A stretch of DNA of 64,000 nucleotides from Patescibacteria group bacterium (lineage in GTDB: Bacteria > Patescibacteriota > Patescibacteriia > Magasanikbacterales > UBA922), in the NCBI GenBank assembly GCA_041651535.1, contig JBAZIZ010000004.1:24341-88340 (forward strand). The letters run 5' to 3'. A program made the translations under genes and the position numbers. The notes beneath the pieces are model-generated. The model made no database searches, was not told where the DNA came from, and saw nothing but the letters and a program-made list of their open reading frames with translations. This document shows positions 34,109 to 44,092 of the stretch, piece after piece. Every line of letters starts with the position of its first letter. The stretch's first letter is position 1.

Positions 34109-34264
34109 ATATAATTATTAATTTCATTTTTAATATATCATAGTTTTTTTTTACTTTCAAATAAAAAAGTCGTTTTTTTGAGCTTTATCCACTGTTTTTT
34201 TAGATAAGCAAAAGGTTTTACTTTTGACTTTTTTTCCTGTAAAATACAGATATAATCAATTTTT

Positions 34265-35689
34265 ATGTCACTAAAAAAACAAATCGCTCACAATACGATT
34301 TTACAAATCATAGGCAAAATTATTTCCACTGCTCTCGGTCTTATTGCTCTCGGTATGTTAACTAGATACTTAGGAACAGAAAAATATGGTTGGTATACTA
34401 CAACTTTAGCTTTTTTACAATTTGTTGGTATTTTAATTGATTTTGGCTTAATACCTGTCTCTGCTCAAATGTTAGGAGAAGCTAAATTTGAAAAAAACAA
34501 ACTTTTTAATAATTTATTTTCTTATCGTTTTTTTAGTGCTTTAATTTTTTTGGCCTTAGCACCTCTAATTTCTCTGTTTTTCCCTTATCCGACTGAAGTA
34601 AAAATAGCCATTGGTTTTTCTACTATTTCTTTTTTATCAATAGCTCTTAACCAAATTTTAGTTGGTAATTATCAAACAAAATTAAAAATGTTAGTTCAGG
34701 TAATTGGTGAAAATATTGGCCGTTTATTTCTAGTCATTGGTTTATATTTCTTAATCAAGAAACAAGCTGATTTTTTACCAATTATGTTTTTAATGGTGAT
34801 TTCAAATTTGGCTTATACCGCTGTTATGTTTATTCACACTCATTTAAAAGAATATAAAATAAGATTTTCTTTTGACAAAACAATTTGGTTAGCAATTACA
34901 AAAAAAATGTGGCCAGTGGCGATTTCTATAATTTTTAATGTGGTTTATTTAAAAGGTGATACTTTACTTTTAACTTTTTTTAGTAGCCAAACCGAAGTCG
35001 GTTTCTATGGAGCAGCTTATAAAGTTTTAGATGTTTTGACCCAAACAGCTATGATGCTTATGGGATTGTTTTTACCACTTTTAGCTTTTTCTTGGGGACA
35101 AAATTTAAAACAAGAATTCAAAGAAAGATGGCAATTAAGTTTTGATGCTATGATGATTTTAGCAGTACCTATGACTGCGGGACTATATGCTCTAGCCGAT
35201 AAAACAATGTTTTTAATTGCTGGACAAAATTTTGCTCCAGCTGGACAAGTTTTAAAAATTTTATCTTTAGCAATTTTTGGAGTCTATCTGGGAGCAATTT
35301 TTGGACATAGTGCAGTTGCTATAAACAGACAAAAAGAAACTATAAAAATTTATTTGATAAGTGCTATTGTGACACTTATCGGCTATTTAATTTTTATTCC
35401 AAAATACGGTATGTATGGAGCAGCCTGGATGAGTGTGTTTTCTGAATTTTTTACTGGCTTTGGATTATATTTTATAATCAAAAAATATATTAAAGAAAAA
35501 ATAACACTAAAAACATTTTATAAAATAATTTTTTCGTCTTTCATCATGATTTTATTTTTAAATTATTTTCAAAATTTAAATATTTTTATTTTAGTTTTTA
35601 TTGGCATTATTGTTTATTCACTTATGATTATCATAACCAAAGCTGTAGCTAGAGAAACTATTTGGGAAATTTTCAATCTAAAAAAATAA
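34265..35689 (+). CDS. Lipid-linked oligosaccharide flippase (Wzx/MurJ-like, MOP superfamily polysaccharide biosynthesis protein)
   Basis: 474 aa, about 12-14 TM segments, N-terminal pattern typical of PST-family flippases. Confidence 0.65.
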   Translation: MSLKKQIAHNTILQIIGKIISTALGLIALGMLTRYLGTEKYGWYTTTLAFLQFVGILIDFGLIPVSAQMLGEAKFEKNKLFNNLFSYRFFSALIFLALAPLISLFFPYPTEVKIAIGFSTISFLSIALNQILVGNYQTKLKMLVQVIGENIGRLFLVIGLYFLIKKQADFLPIMFLMVISNLAYTAVMFIHTHLKEYKIRFSFDKTIWLAITKKMWPVAISIIFNVVYLKGDTLLLTFFSSQTEVGFYGAAYKVLDVLTQTAMMLMGLFLPLLAFSWGQNLKQEFKERWQLSFDAMMILAVPMTAGLYALADKTMFLIAGQNFAPAGQVLKILSLAIFGVYLGAIFGHSAVAINRQKETIKIYLISAIVTLIGYLIFIPKYGMYGAAWMSVFSEFFTGFGLYFIIKKYIKEKITLKTFYKIIFSSFIMILFLNYFQNLNIFILVFIGIIVYSLMIIITKAVARETIWEIFNLKK

Positions 35690-35690
35690 T

Positions 35691-36935
35691 ATGTTTTATT
35701 TTTTAATTTTTCTATTTTTATCATTATTTTTTTATCTAACTTATAAAAATTTTTTTAATGCTTTGTTTTTATTTTTATTTTTGATCCCAGTTTATTTAAT
35801 TAGATTTAAAATTTTAAGTATTCCAACTACATTACTTGAAATGATGCTAATCATAATTTTTATAAATTGGATTTTTAAATATAAAAAAGATTTTTTAACA
35901 AAAACAAAAGAATTTTATAAAAAAAACAAATTATTTTTTTATTCTCTAATCATTTTTTTAATCAGTGCGACTCTAGCAATTGTTGTAAGTTCAAATACCA
36001 AATCAGCTCTCGGTGAATGGAAAGCTTTTTATCTTGAACCAATTCTATTTTTTATAATTTTATTGACTAGTATAAAAACAAAAAAAGAAATCAATAATTT
36101 ATTTTTTGCTCTAGTTTTGTCTGGTACAATTACTTCAATTTTAGCAATTTATCAACATTTTACTGGTTTTTTTGTCCCTTATAGTTTTTGGGAAAATCAA
36201 AATACTTATCGGGTAACTGCTTGGTATGGTTTTCCAAACGCTGTCGGACATTTTTTAGGAGTTATTTTTCCATTAGCTATTTATTTAATTATTTCCAATT
36301 TTAAAGAAAATAATTTAAAAAAAATCATTTCAAGTCTTTTTGTTTTTTTAGCTATTTTAGCAATTTTCTTTGCCAAATCTACTGGTGCTATAATAGGAAT
36401 TTTAGCTAGTATATTTTTACTTTTAATTTACTATAAAAAAACTAGATTAGTTACAATTATTTTTTCTAGCGTCACTTTAATTATTTTTACTTTTATACCG
36501 CTAAATAATCCGATAAAACAAGAATTATTATTTCAAGACAGATCCGGACAGATCAGATTAAACATATGGAATGAAACCTCAGAATTTTTAAAAGTTAATC
36601 CAATTTTTGGAGCAGGGCTAGCAAGTTATAGCCAAAAAATTATTCCTTTTCACAAACAAGTTAATGGCGAAAATATAGAGATTTTTCATCATCCGCATAA
36701 TATATTTTTAACTATGTGGGTAAACTTGGGAATCCTTGGATTGATAAGTTTTGTATTTTTAAATTTATATTGTTTTTATAAATATTTTAAAGAAAAAAAT
36801 ATTTTAAAATTTTTTGCGCTTACTACTCTTAGTTGTTTTCTTGTCATGGGACTAGTTGATAGCCCATATATAAAAAATGATTTATCTTTTATTTATTGGT
36901 TTGTCTTATTTTTATTTTTTGTAAGATATGAATAA
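35691..36935 (+). CDS. O-antigen ligase/polymerase-like (Wzy_C domain) membrane protein
   Basis: 414 aa polytopic membrane protein with an FHHPHNIFL-containing loop, as in the Wzy_C family. Confidence 0.6.
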   Translation: MFYFLIFLFLSLFFYLTYKNFFNALFLFLFLIPVYLIRFKILSIPTTLLEMMLIIIFINWIFKYKKDFLTKTKEFYKKNKLFFYSLIIFLISATLAIVVSSNTKSALGEWKAFYLEPILFFIILLTSIKTKKEINNLFFALVLSGTITSILAIYQHFTGFFVPYSFWENQNTYRVTAWYGFPNAVGHFLGVIFPLAIYLIISNFKENNLKKIISSLFVFLAILAIFFAKSTGAIIGILASIFLLLIYYKKTRLVTIIFSSVTLIIFTFIPLNNPIKQELLFQDRSGQIRLNIWNETSEFLKVNPIFGAGLASYSQKIIPFHKQVNGENIEIFHHPHNIFLTMWVNLGILGLISFVFLNLYCFYKYFKEKNILKFFALTTLSCFLVMGLVDSPYIKNDLSFIYWFVLFLFFVRYE

Positions 36936-37626
36936 AATTATTCAAGAATTAGACAGGCTCAAAAATAAAGAAAAAGCAAAAATTTTACAAAGATTTTTTA
37001 AAACTGCCAAAGGTGAATATGGCGAAGGTGATTTATTTTTAGGAATTACAGTTCCGCAAATTAGACAAATTGCAAAAAATAATTTAAATACATCTTTGGA
37101 GGAACTGCAAAAATTATTAAACAGTAAAATTCATGAGTATCGCCTTGTGGCTTTATTGATTTTAGTAGAAAACTATAAAAAAACTGAGCAAAAAGACAAA
37201 ATATTTAAATTCTATTTAAAAAATTTCAAAAATATAAATAATTGGGATTTGGTAGATTTATCAGCTCCAAAAATTATTGGGGATTATATTTTTCACCATA
37301 AAATTTTAGATAAAAAATTATTAAAATGGGCAAATTCAAAGCATCTTTGGACAAAAAGAATTTCTATTGTCTCTACTTATTTTTTTATCAAAGAAAATAA
37401 TTTTAAACATACTTTAGTAATTTCTAAAATTCTTTTAAACGATAAACATGATTTAATTCATAAAGCTGTCGGCTGGATGCTCCGTGAACTTGGAAAAAAA
37501 GATAAAAAAGTTTTAGAAAATTTTTTAAATGAAAATTTAACTAAAATGCCGAGAAACTCACTGCGTTATGCAATTGAAAAATTTCCCGAAAATCAAAGAA
37601 AAGAATATCTTAAAAAAAGCAAATAA
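36928..37626 (+). CDS. DNA alkylation repair protein (AlkC/AlkD-like HEAT-repeat glycosylase family)
   Basis: 232 aa helical-repeat protein with pattern typical of the DNA_alkylation family. Confidence 0.65.
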   Translation: MNKIIQELDRLKNKEKAKILQRFFKTAKGEYGEGDLFLGITVPQIRQIAKNNLNTSLEELQKLLNSKIHEYRLVALLILVENYKKTEQKDKIFKFYLKNFKNINNWDLVDLSAPKIIGDYIFHHKILDKKLLKWANSKHLWTKRISIVSTYFFIKENNFKHTLVISKILLNDKHDLIHKAVGWMLRELGKKDKKVLENFLNENLTKMPRNSLRYAIEKFPENQRKEYLKKSK

Positions 37627-37737
37627 AATAATTTAGGATTTTAGATTTATAATTTTAGATTTAATTTTTTTAAAAATTTATATTTAATTCAAAAAAACAA
37701 ACTAAAAAAATAAATTTTCTTTAAAACAAATTTCATC

Positions 37738-37903
37738 CACTTTGTCATTCTGAATCCTCCGACGTCATGTCGGAGGTGAAGAGTCCCCCTGCCTACCGGC
37801 AGGCAGGTTAAACTTTTTTAATTTAATAATTGTTGAATTAAAATGGTTGGTGATAATTCACTATTTAAGGGACTCTTCGTCTTCGCCTCAGAGTGACAAA
37901 ATG
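37738..37903. ncRNA. Candidate structured ncRNA: GC-rich nested-hairpin element (closing stem, two GC hairpins, AT-rich apical hairpin)
   Basis: Compensatory pairing read directly: GTCATTCTGA (37744-53) with TCAGAGTGAC (37888-97); GAAGAGTCCC (37779-88) with GGGACTCTTC (37869-78). Local hairpins CCTCCGAC-gtcat-GTCGGAGG and CCTGCC-n8-GGCAGG. It sits in a 375-nt spacer of a compact genome and is a GC island in AT-rich DNA. Confidence 0.45.
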
Positions 37904-38001
37904 TAGATTATTTGTTTTTCTATTTGTTTATTTATTTTTGTATGTTAATCTTACTTAAAAAAAATTATTTTAAAAAATACTAACTACCAACAATATTTTA
38001 T

Positions 38002-38781
38002 ATGAAAATAACATCTTGGAATATCAATGGCATCAGAGCTATAACTAAAAAAGGGTTTTATGATTTTTTAAAAAAAGAAAAAGCTGATATTATCTGTCTT
38101 CAAGAAATTAAAATAGATAATGACAAAAAAATACAAGAAAAATTTGATTTTAAAAATTATAAAGAATTTTGGAATTCGGCTATTCGTCCTGGTTACGCTG
38201 GAACTTTATTCCTTGTAAAAGAAAAATCTGTTATTTATAAACAAATTATAAAACATACAACTGGGATAAATAATGAAATTTTTGATAATGAAGGTCGTGT
38301 CCAAACTTTAGAATTTAAAAATTTCTTTTTAATAAATGCTTATTTCCCAAATTCTCGTGATGATTTATCTAGACTAAAATTCAAACAAGAATTTGATAAA
38401 AAAATATTACTTTATTTAAAAAAACTTTCAAAGAAAAAACCCATAATTTTAGTTGGTGATCTGAATATTGCTCATCAAGAAATAGATCTAGCCCGACCAA
38501 AAGAAAATGAGAAAACTAATGGTTTTACTTACGAAGAACGTCAAGATTTTTCTTTTTTTGTTAAAAATAATTTTATTGATACTTTCCGTCATTTTAATCC
38601 ACAAACCATAAAATATTCTTGGTGGAGTTTCCGTGCTCGTGCTAGAGAACGTAATGTCGGTTGGCGTCTTGATTATGTTTTATGTGATAAAAAATTATTA
38701 AAAAAAATTAAAAAAACTTTTATTCAGAATGAAATTTACGGCTCGGATCATTGTCCAGTCGGAATTGAAATTGATTTATAA
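38002..38781 (+). CDS. xth: Exodeoxyribonuclease III (AP endonuclease)
   Basis: 259 aa, MKITSWNINGIRA N-terminus and SDHCPV C-terminal motif. Confidence 0.9.
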   Translation: MKITSWNINGIRAITKKGFYDFLKKEKADIICLQEIKIDNDKKIQEKFDFKNYKEFWNSAIRPGYAGTLFLVKEKSVIYKQIIKHTTGINNEIFDNEGRVQTLEFKNFFLINAYFPNSRDDLSRLKFKQEFDKKILLYLKKLSKKKPIILVGDLNIAHQEIDLARPKENEKTNGFTYEERQDFSFFVKNNFIDTFRHFNPQTIKYSWWSFRARARERNVGWRLDYVLCDKKLLKKIKKTFIQNEIYGSDHCPVGIEIDL

Positions 38782-38790
38782 CTTATTTTT

Positions 38791-40068
38791 ATGCGTTTAA
38801 AAATAGAAAAGCTTGTCTTTGGTGGACAAGGTTTAGCCAGAAAAGATAACAAAATTTTTTTTATTTGGAATGCTTTGCCAGGTGAAGAAATCGAGGCTGA
38901 TATAATTAAAAATAAAAAAGATTTTGGCGAAGGTTTGGCAACCAAAATTATTCATGCAGCCAAAGAAAGAATAGAAGCTAGAGATAAAAATTTTATTTCT
39001 ACCAGCCCTTGGCAAATAATTGATTACAAAACTGAAAACAAATGGAAAAAAGAAATTAGTTTAGAAACTCTAAAAAAAATTGGCGGTCAAATTTTTGATA
39101 ATATTGAACCTGAAATTATTTATCCTCAAGAAGAATATAATTATCGCAACAAAATGGAATTTTCTTTTTTTGAAGACGATACAAATCCAGGAAAATTCCA
39201 ACTAGCTTTTTTTAATCGTGGACAAAAAATAAAATACCCAATTGAAAATTCTGAATTAGCCGAAAAATGTATAAATGAAACTGCTCATAAAATATTAAAC
39301 TGGGTAAATGAACAAAATTTAGAAAGAAGAAATTTAAAAACTTTAATTGTCAGATCTGATGGTAATGAAAATACGATTGCCAGTTTATTTTTAAAAGATA
39401 AAATATCTTTTAAAAAATATCCAAAATTAAATAAAAATTTTTTAGGTTTTCAAATTTATTATTCCACTCACAAATCCCCTGCCTCGGTTCCAACTGAACT
39501 CTTGTATAATGATGGCCAAAATTATTTAATAACTAATTTAAACAATACACAATTAAAATTTGGTTTACTTAGTTTTTTTCAAATTCATATTCCAATTTTT
39601 AAATTAGCTTTGGAAAAAATTTCTTCTGAAATTGATAAAAATTCAGAAATAATTGATTATTATTCTGGAGTTGGGGCTATTGGTTTAACTCTAGCCGATA
39701 AAGTTAAAAAAGTTTTTTGTGTTGATAACAATCAAGAAGCGATCGGGTATGCTAAAGAAAATATTAAATTAAACAAATTAAAAAATTGTGAAGCTACTTG
39801 TTTGCCAGCAGAAAAAATAACTGAAATTATTACTAAAAATAAAATAATAATTTTAGATCCACCTCGTGCTGGTTTACATCCAGATATTATCGAAAAACTT
39901 TTACAAGAATCCCCTAAAAAAATTATTTATTTATCTTGTAATATTTCCACTCAAGCCCGAGATGTAAAATTATTATCAGAAAAATATAAAATCAAAAATA
40001 CAACGCTTTATAATTTTTTTCCTCGCACACCGCATATTGAAAGTTTGATTATATTAGAAAAAAAATAA
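38791..40068 (+). CDS. RNA (uracil-5)-methyltransferase, TrmA/RlmD (RumA) family, with N-terminal TRAM domain
   Basis: TRAM-like N-terminus (LVFGGQGLARKDNKIFFIWNALPGEE), SAM motifs DYYSGVGAIGL and DPPRAGL. Confidence 0.75.
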   Translation: MRLKIEKLVFGGQGLARKDNKIFFIWNALPGEEIEADIIKNKKDFGEGLATKIIHAAKERIEARDKNFISTSPWQIIDYKTENKWKKEISLETLKKIGGQIFDNIEPEIIYPQEEYNYRNKMEFSFFEDDTNPGKFQLAFFNRGQKIKYPIENSELAEKCINETAHKILNWVNEQNLERRNLKTLIVRSDGNENTIASLFLKDKISFKKYPKLNKNFLGFQIYYSTHKSPASVPTELLYNDGQNYLITNLNNTQLKFGLLSFFQIHIPIFKLALEKISSEIDKNSEIIDYYSGVGAIGLTLADKVKKVFCVDNNQEAIGYAKENIKLNKLKNCEATCLPAEKITEIITKNKIIILDPPRAGLHPDIIEKLLQESPKKIIYLSCNISTQARDVKLLSEKYKIKNTTLYNFFPRTPHIESLIILEKK

Positions 40069-40122
40069 ACCAAAAACAAAAACACCCAGATTTCCTGAGT
40101 GTTTTTTGTTTGTTTCTTTTGA

Positions 40123-43100
40123 TTATTCTTCTGTTTTTTCTTCTTTGCTTTCTATATTTTCTGCAAAAATTTCTTTTTCATTATTTTCTAATTCAGAAAT
40201 ACCTTTTACACCTGTACCAGCTGGGATTAGTCGTCCGATAATAACATTTTCTTTTAATCCTTCTAAATAATCCATTTTACCAGTTATAGCAGCATTTACT
40301 AGAACACGAGATGTCTCTTGGAAAGAAGCTGAAGATAAGAAACTTTGAGTAGATAAAGAAATTTTACTGATACCCATAAGCATATCTCGAGCTTTAGCCA
40401 ATTTTTTATTTTCTTTTTTAGCTTGTCTATTAGCAATAATTAATTGGGATCTTTCGACGATTTCTCCTGGAAGTAAATCAGTATCTCCTGGATCTTCGAC
40501 AAAGACACGACTAAACATTTGTTTAATTATAATTTCAATATGTTTATCATTTAATCTTTGACCTTGGGAAGCATAGATTTCTTGAATTTCTGTTAAAATA
40601 TATCTTTTAACAGCATCCATTCCTTTAAATTGGAATAATTCTTGCAAATCAACGGCTCCTTCTGTTAATTGATCGCCTTTTTCAATTACATCTCCATCTT
40701 TTACCCAAAGTTTATAACCTATAGGGATGATATATTCTTTGGTTGTTTTTCCATCATAATTCAAAATTATTTTTTCATCTGAAATTTCAATTGCACCATT
40801 GTATTCTGCTTTAATAATTTCTCCACTACCGCCACGAATCAAAAGTTTATCTCCTTTCTTAACTTTATCGCCAATAGCAACTTTTACATCATCTTCTTCA
40901 TTAATTTCAATTTCTATTCTTTCATCTCCTTCATGATGAACTTTGATTATTTTTTGGCCTCGACGACCTTCAAAAATTTTTCTACCTGTAGAATTTGTAA
41001 TTACTTTTCCATCAGCATCTTCAATTTCTATAACTCCGGAAACTTCAGACAAAATAGCTTTTCTTTTTGGAGTACGACATTCAAATAATTCTTCAACTCG
41101 AGGCAAACCTTGTGTAATATCAGCACTACTAGCAACACCTCCAGTATGGAAAGTTCTCATTGTCAATTGAGTACCAGGTTCACCAATAGATTGAGCAGCG
41201 ATTGTACCAACAGCAACTCCATTATCTACAACTTTTCTATTACCTAAATCAAAACCATAACATTTTGAACAAACTCCTTTTGGTAATTTACATTGAAGAA
41301 CTGAACGAACATGGATATTATCAATTTTTTCTTTTTCAATAATACGAGATGCTTTTTCGTCAATAACTTCTCCAGCTTTGACAATTATTTTTTTACCAAG
41401 TTTAACATCTTCCAAGACAAAACGTCCCAAAACTCTTTCTGAAAGTTTTTCACCCATTTGTTCTGATTGTTCTATTGTAAACATTTCTCCAACTGTATCA
41501 CCACAATCTTCTTCTTTTACAACAACTTCTTGCGCGACATCAACTAGACGACGAGTTAAATATCCAGCATTTGCTGTACGTAAAGCTGTATCTGACAAAC
41601 CTTTACGAGTACCATGAGATGAGATAAAAAATTCCAAAACTCCAAATCCTTCTTTAAAATTTCCTTTTACAGGAAGTTCTATAATATCACCACTAGGAGA
41701 AGCAACTAATCCTTTCATAGCAATAACTTGTCCAAGTTGTCCCCAAGAACCACGAGCTCCAGAATCAATCATCGCATAAACAGATTTATTATGATCTAAA
41801 ACTTCTTTAGATTTTGATAATAAAGCATCTTTTGTATTAGCCCAAATTTCAACTACTTTTGATTTTCTTTCTGAGTCAGTCAAAAGTCCTTCTTCATATT
41901 GTTTTTGTACAGTCTGTACTTCTTCATCGGCTTTAGCTAATAATTCATCTTTAATATCAATTGAAGGAAAATCATCTTTACCTAAAGAATAACCTGATTT
42001 TGTAACATATTTATAACCTAAATCTTTTATTTTATCTAGATGAACAGCGGTTATTTCTTGTCCATATAATTCAAGTAAAAGTTGAATTATATTGCTTAAA
42101 TGTTTTTTAGTTACAGTTTCATTATAATAAGGTAATTTATTAGGTAAAATTTCATTAAAGAAAATTCTACCGATACTAGTTTCAATTAAATTACTATGAC
42201 CTTCTTCAAATTTATCAAGATTATCAAATCGTACAATTATTTTTTCTTTTAAAGTAATTAAACGATCTTTATACGCATATTTTGCTTCCCGAATATTTGA
42301 AAAATATTTTGTGGCTTTTTTATCAACATCTTCTTCATTATATTTTGTCATGTAATAACAACCAAGTACGATATCTTGAGCTGGAGTAATCACTGGATTT
42401 CCAGTTGCTGGTTTTAACAAGTTTTTTTCTGAAGCCATCAAATTTTCTGCTTCCCATTTTGCTTGTTCTGATAAAGGTAAATGAACAGCCATTTGATCTC
42501 CATCAAAATCGGCATTAAACGCTGGACAAACTAGAGGATGCAAACGAATTGCTTTACCTTCAACTAAAACTGGTTTAAAAGCTTGGATACCAAGTCTGTG
42601 TAAGGTTGGAGCACGATTTAAAAGTACTCTGGTTTTTTTAGTTAAATTTTCTAATATATCCCAAACTTCAGGATCATTAGTTTCAATAAACCGACTAGCA
42701 CTACGAACATTATGTGCTAACTCTCTTTTAATAATTTCACTCATGACAAACGGTTTAAAAAGTTCCAAAGCAATTATTTTTGGCAAACCACATTCGTTAA
42801 TTTTTAATTTTGGACCAACAACGATTACTGAACGTCCAGAATAATCAACACGTTTTCCTAACAAATTTTGTCTGAAACGGCCTTGTTTTCCTTTTAAAAT
42901 ATCTGCAAGTGAGCGTAATTGTCTTTTTTGTCCAGTTGAAGCTTTTACAGTTTTACTAGCTCGAGCACTGTTATCAATCAAAGCATCAACAGCTTCTTGT
43001 AACATTCTTTTTTCATTACGACAAATTACTTCTGGAGCATTCAATTCTTTTAATCTTTTTAAACGATTATTTCTATTGATTACTCTTCGGTACAAATCAT

Positions 43101-44055
43101 TTAAATCAGAAGTAGCAAAACGACCACCATCTAAAGCAACCATTGGTCTTAAATCTGGTGGAATCACAGGAATATTTGTTAATATCATCCATTCTGGACG
43201 TATATCGTTTTTTGCTAAAGATTTTAAAAGTTTAATACGACGCATTATTCTTTCTCTTTTAGCACCTTTTGATTTTTTTAATAATTTTTCTAATTGTTTT
43301 ACAGTTTCGTCTAAATTTAATTTTTCCAAAAGATAACGAACCGCTTCAGCTCCGATACTAGCTTCAAATAAATGACTATAACGTAAAGATAATTCCTGAT
43401 ATCTCATTTCAGAAATTATATTCATCATAGAAATTTCATCGAGTTCATCGACTGCACTTTTATAATCTTCTTCTAAAGCAGATAATTTATTATTTTTTTC
43501 TTGTTCAATGTCTTTTTTATCTTTTGCATTTTCTATTTTTTTAGAATATTCATCTTCAATTTGTTTTTTCTTACTTTTATATTCTTTTTTCAAAAGTTCT
43601 ACAGTATTTTTCTTTTGTTCTTCATCAACTTTAGTAATTATAAAAGCAGCAAAATAAATAACTTTTTCTAAAGCTTGAATTGATAAATCTAAAACTAACC
43701 CAACACGAGAAGGAATGGTACGTAAAAACCAAATATGAGAAACTGGAGTTGCTAATTCTATATGTCCCATTCTTTCACGTCTAACTTGTGAATGAGTTAC
43801 TTCTACTCCACATTTATCACAGACAATACCTTTGTATCTAATTTTTTTATATTTTCCACAATAACATTCCCAATCTTTGGTAGGTCCAAAAATTTCTTCA
43901 GCAAAAAGTCCGCCTTTTTCTGGTTTTTGAGTACGATAATTTATCGTCTCAGGTTTGTGAACTTCTCCATAAGACCATTTTCTGATGATATCTGGTGAAG
44001 CGATTTTTAGTCGAATCGCATCAAAGTTCATTGAATGATGTAAGTCGCGTGCCAT
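40123..44055 (-). CDS. rpoC: DNA-directed RNA polymerase subunit beta'
   Basis: 1310 aa, NADFDGDQM catalytic motif and zinc-binding Cys clusters. Confidence 0.97.
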   Translation of the reverse strand: MARDLHHSMNFDAIRLKIASPDIIRKWSYGEVHKPETINYRTQKPEKGGLFAEEIFGPTKDWECYCGKYKKIRYKGIVCDKCGVEVTHSQVRRERMGHIELATPVSHIWFLRTIPSRVGLVLDLSIQALEKVIYFAAFIITKVDEEQKKNTVELLKKEYKSKKKQIEDEYSKKIENAKDKKDIEQEKNNKLSALEEDYKSAVDELDEISMMNIISEMRYQELSLRYSHLFEASIGAEAVRYLLEKLNLDETVKQLEKLLKKSKGAKRERIMRRIKLLKSLAKNDIRPEWMILTNIPVIPPDLRPMVALDGGRFATSDLNDLYRRVINRNNRLKRLKELNAPEVICRNEKRMLQEAVDALIDNSARASKTVKASTGQKRQLRSLADILKGKQGRFRQNLLGKRVDYSGRSVIVVGPKLKINECGLPKIIALELFKPFVMSEIIKRELAHNVRSASRFIETNDPEVWDILENLTKKTRVLLNRAPTLHRLGIQAFKPVLVEGKAIRLHPLVCPAFNADFDGDQMAVHLPLSEQAKWEAENLMASEKNLLKPATGNPVITPAQDIVLGCYYMTKYNEEDVDKKATKYFSNIREAKYAYKDRLITLKEKIIVRFDNLDKFEEGHSNLIETSIGRIFFNEILPNKLPYYNETVTKKHLSNIIQLLLELYGQEITAVHLDKIKDLGYKYVTKSGYSLGKDDFPSIDIKDELLAKADEEVQTVQKQYEEGLLTDSERKSKVVEIWANTKDALLSKSKEVLDHNKSVYAMIDSGARGSWGQLGQVIAMKGLVASPSGDIIELPVKGNFKEGFGVLEFFISSHGTRKGLSDTALRTANAGYLTRRLVDVAQEVVVKEEDCGDTVGEMFTIEQSEQMGEKLSERVLGRFVLEDVKLGKKIIVKAGEVIDEKASRIIEKEKIDNIHVRSVLQCKLPKGVCSKCYGFDLGNRKVVDNGVAVGTIAAQSIGEPGTQLTMRTFHTGGVASSADITQGLPRVEELFECRTPKRKAILSEVSGVIEIEDADGKVITNSTGRKIFEGRRGQKIIKVHHEGDERIEIEINEEDDVKVAIGDKVKKGDKLLIRGGSGEIIKAEYNGAIEISDEKIILNYDGKTTKEYIIPIGYKLWVKDGDVIEKGDQLTEGAVDLQELFQFKGMDAVKRYILTEIQEIYASQGQRLNDKHIEIIIKQMFSRVFVEDPGDTDLLPGEIVERSQLIIANRQAKKENKKLAKARDMLMGISKISLSTQSFLSSASFQETSRVLVNAAITGKMDYLEGLKENVIIGRLIPAGTGVKGISELENNEKEIFAENIESKEEKTEE

Positions 44056-44092
44056 ATAATATTTATTTTATTTTATTTATTTTATTAAATTT

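Noticed and set aside
37738-37903. RNase P RNA, tmRNA or SRP RNA identity for the GC-rich structured element
   Set aside because: Too short for RNase P or tmRNA, and it lacks their universally conserved blocks (AGGAAAGUCCGGGCUCC; tRNA-like GGUUCGAAUCC end; SRP GGAAGCAGCCAAGG). It is kept only as an unclassified candidate ncRNA/MITE.
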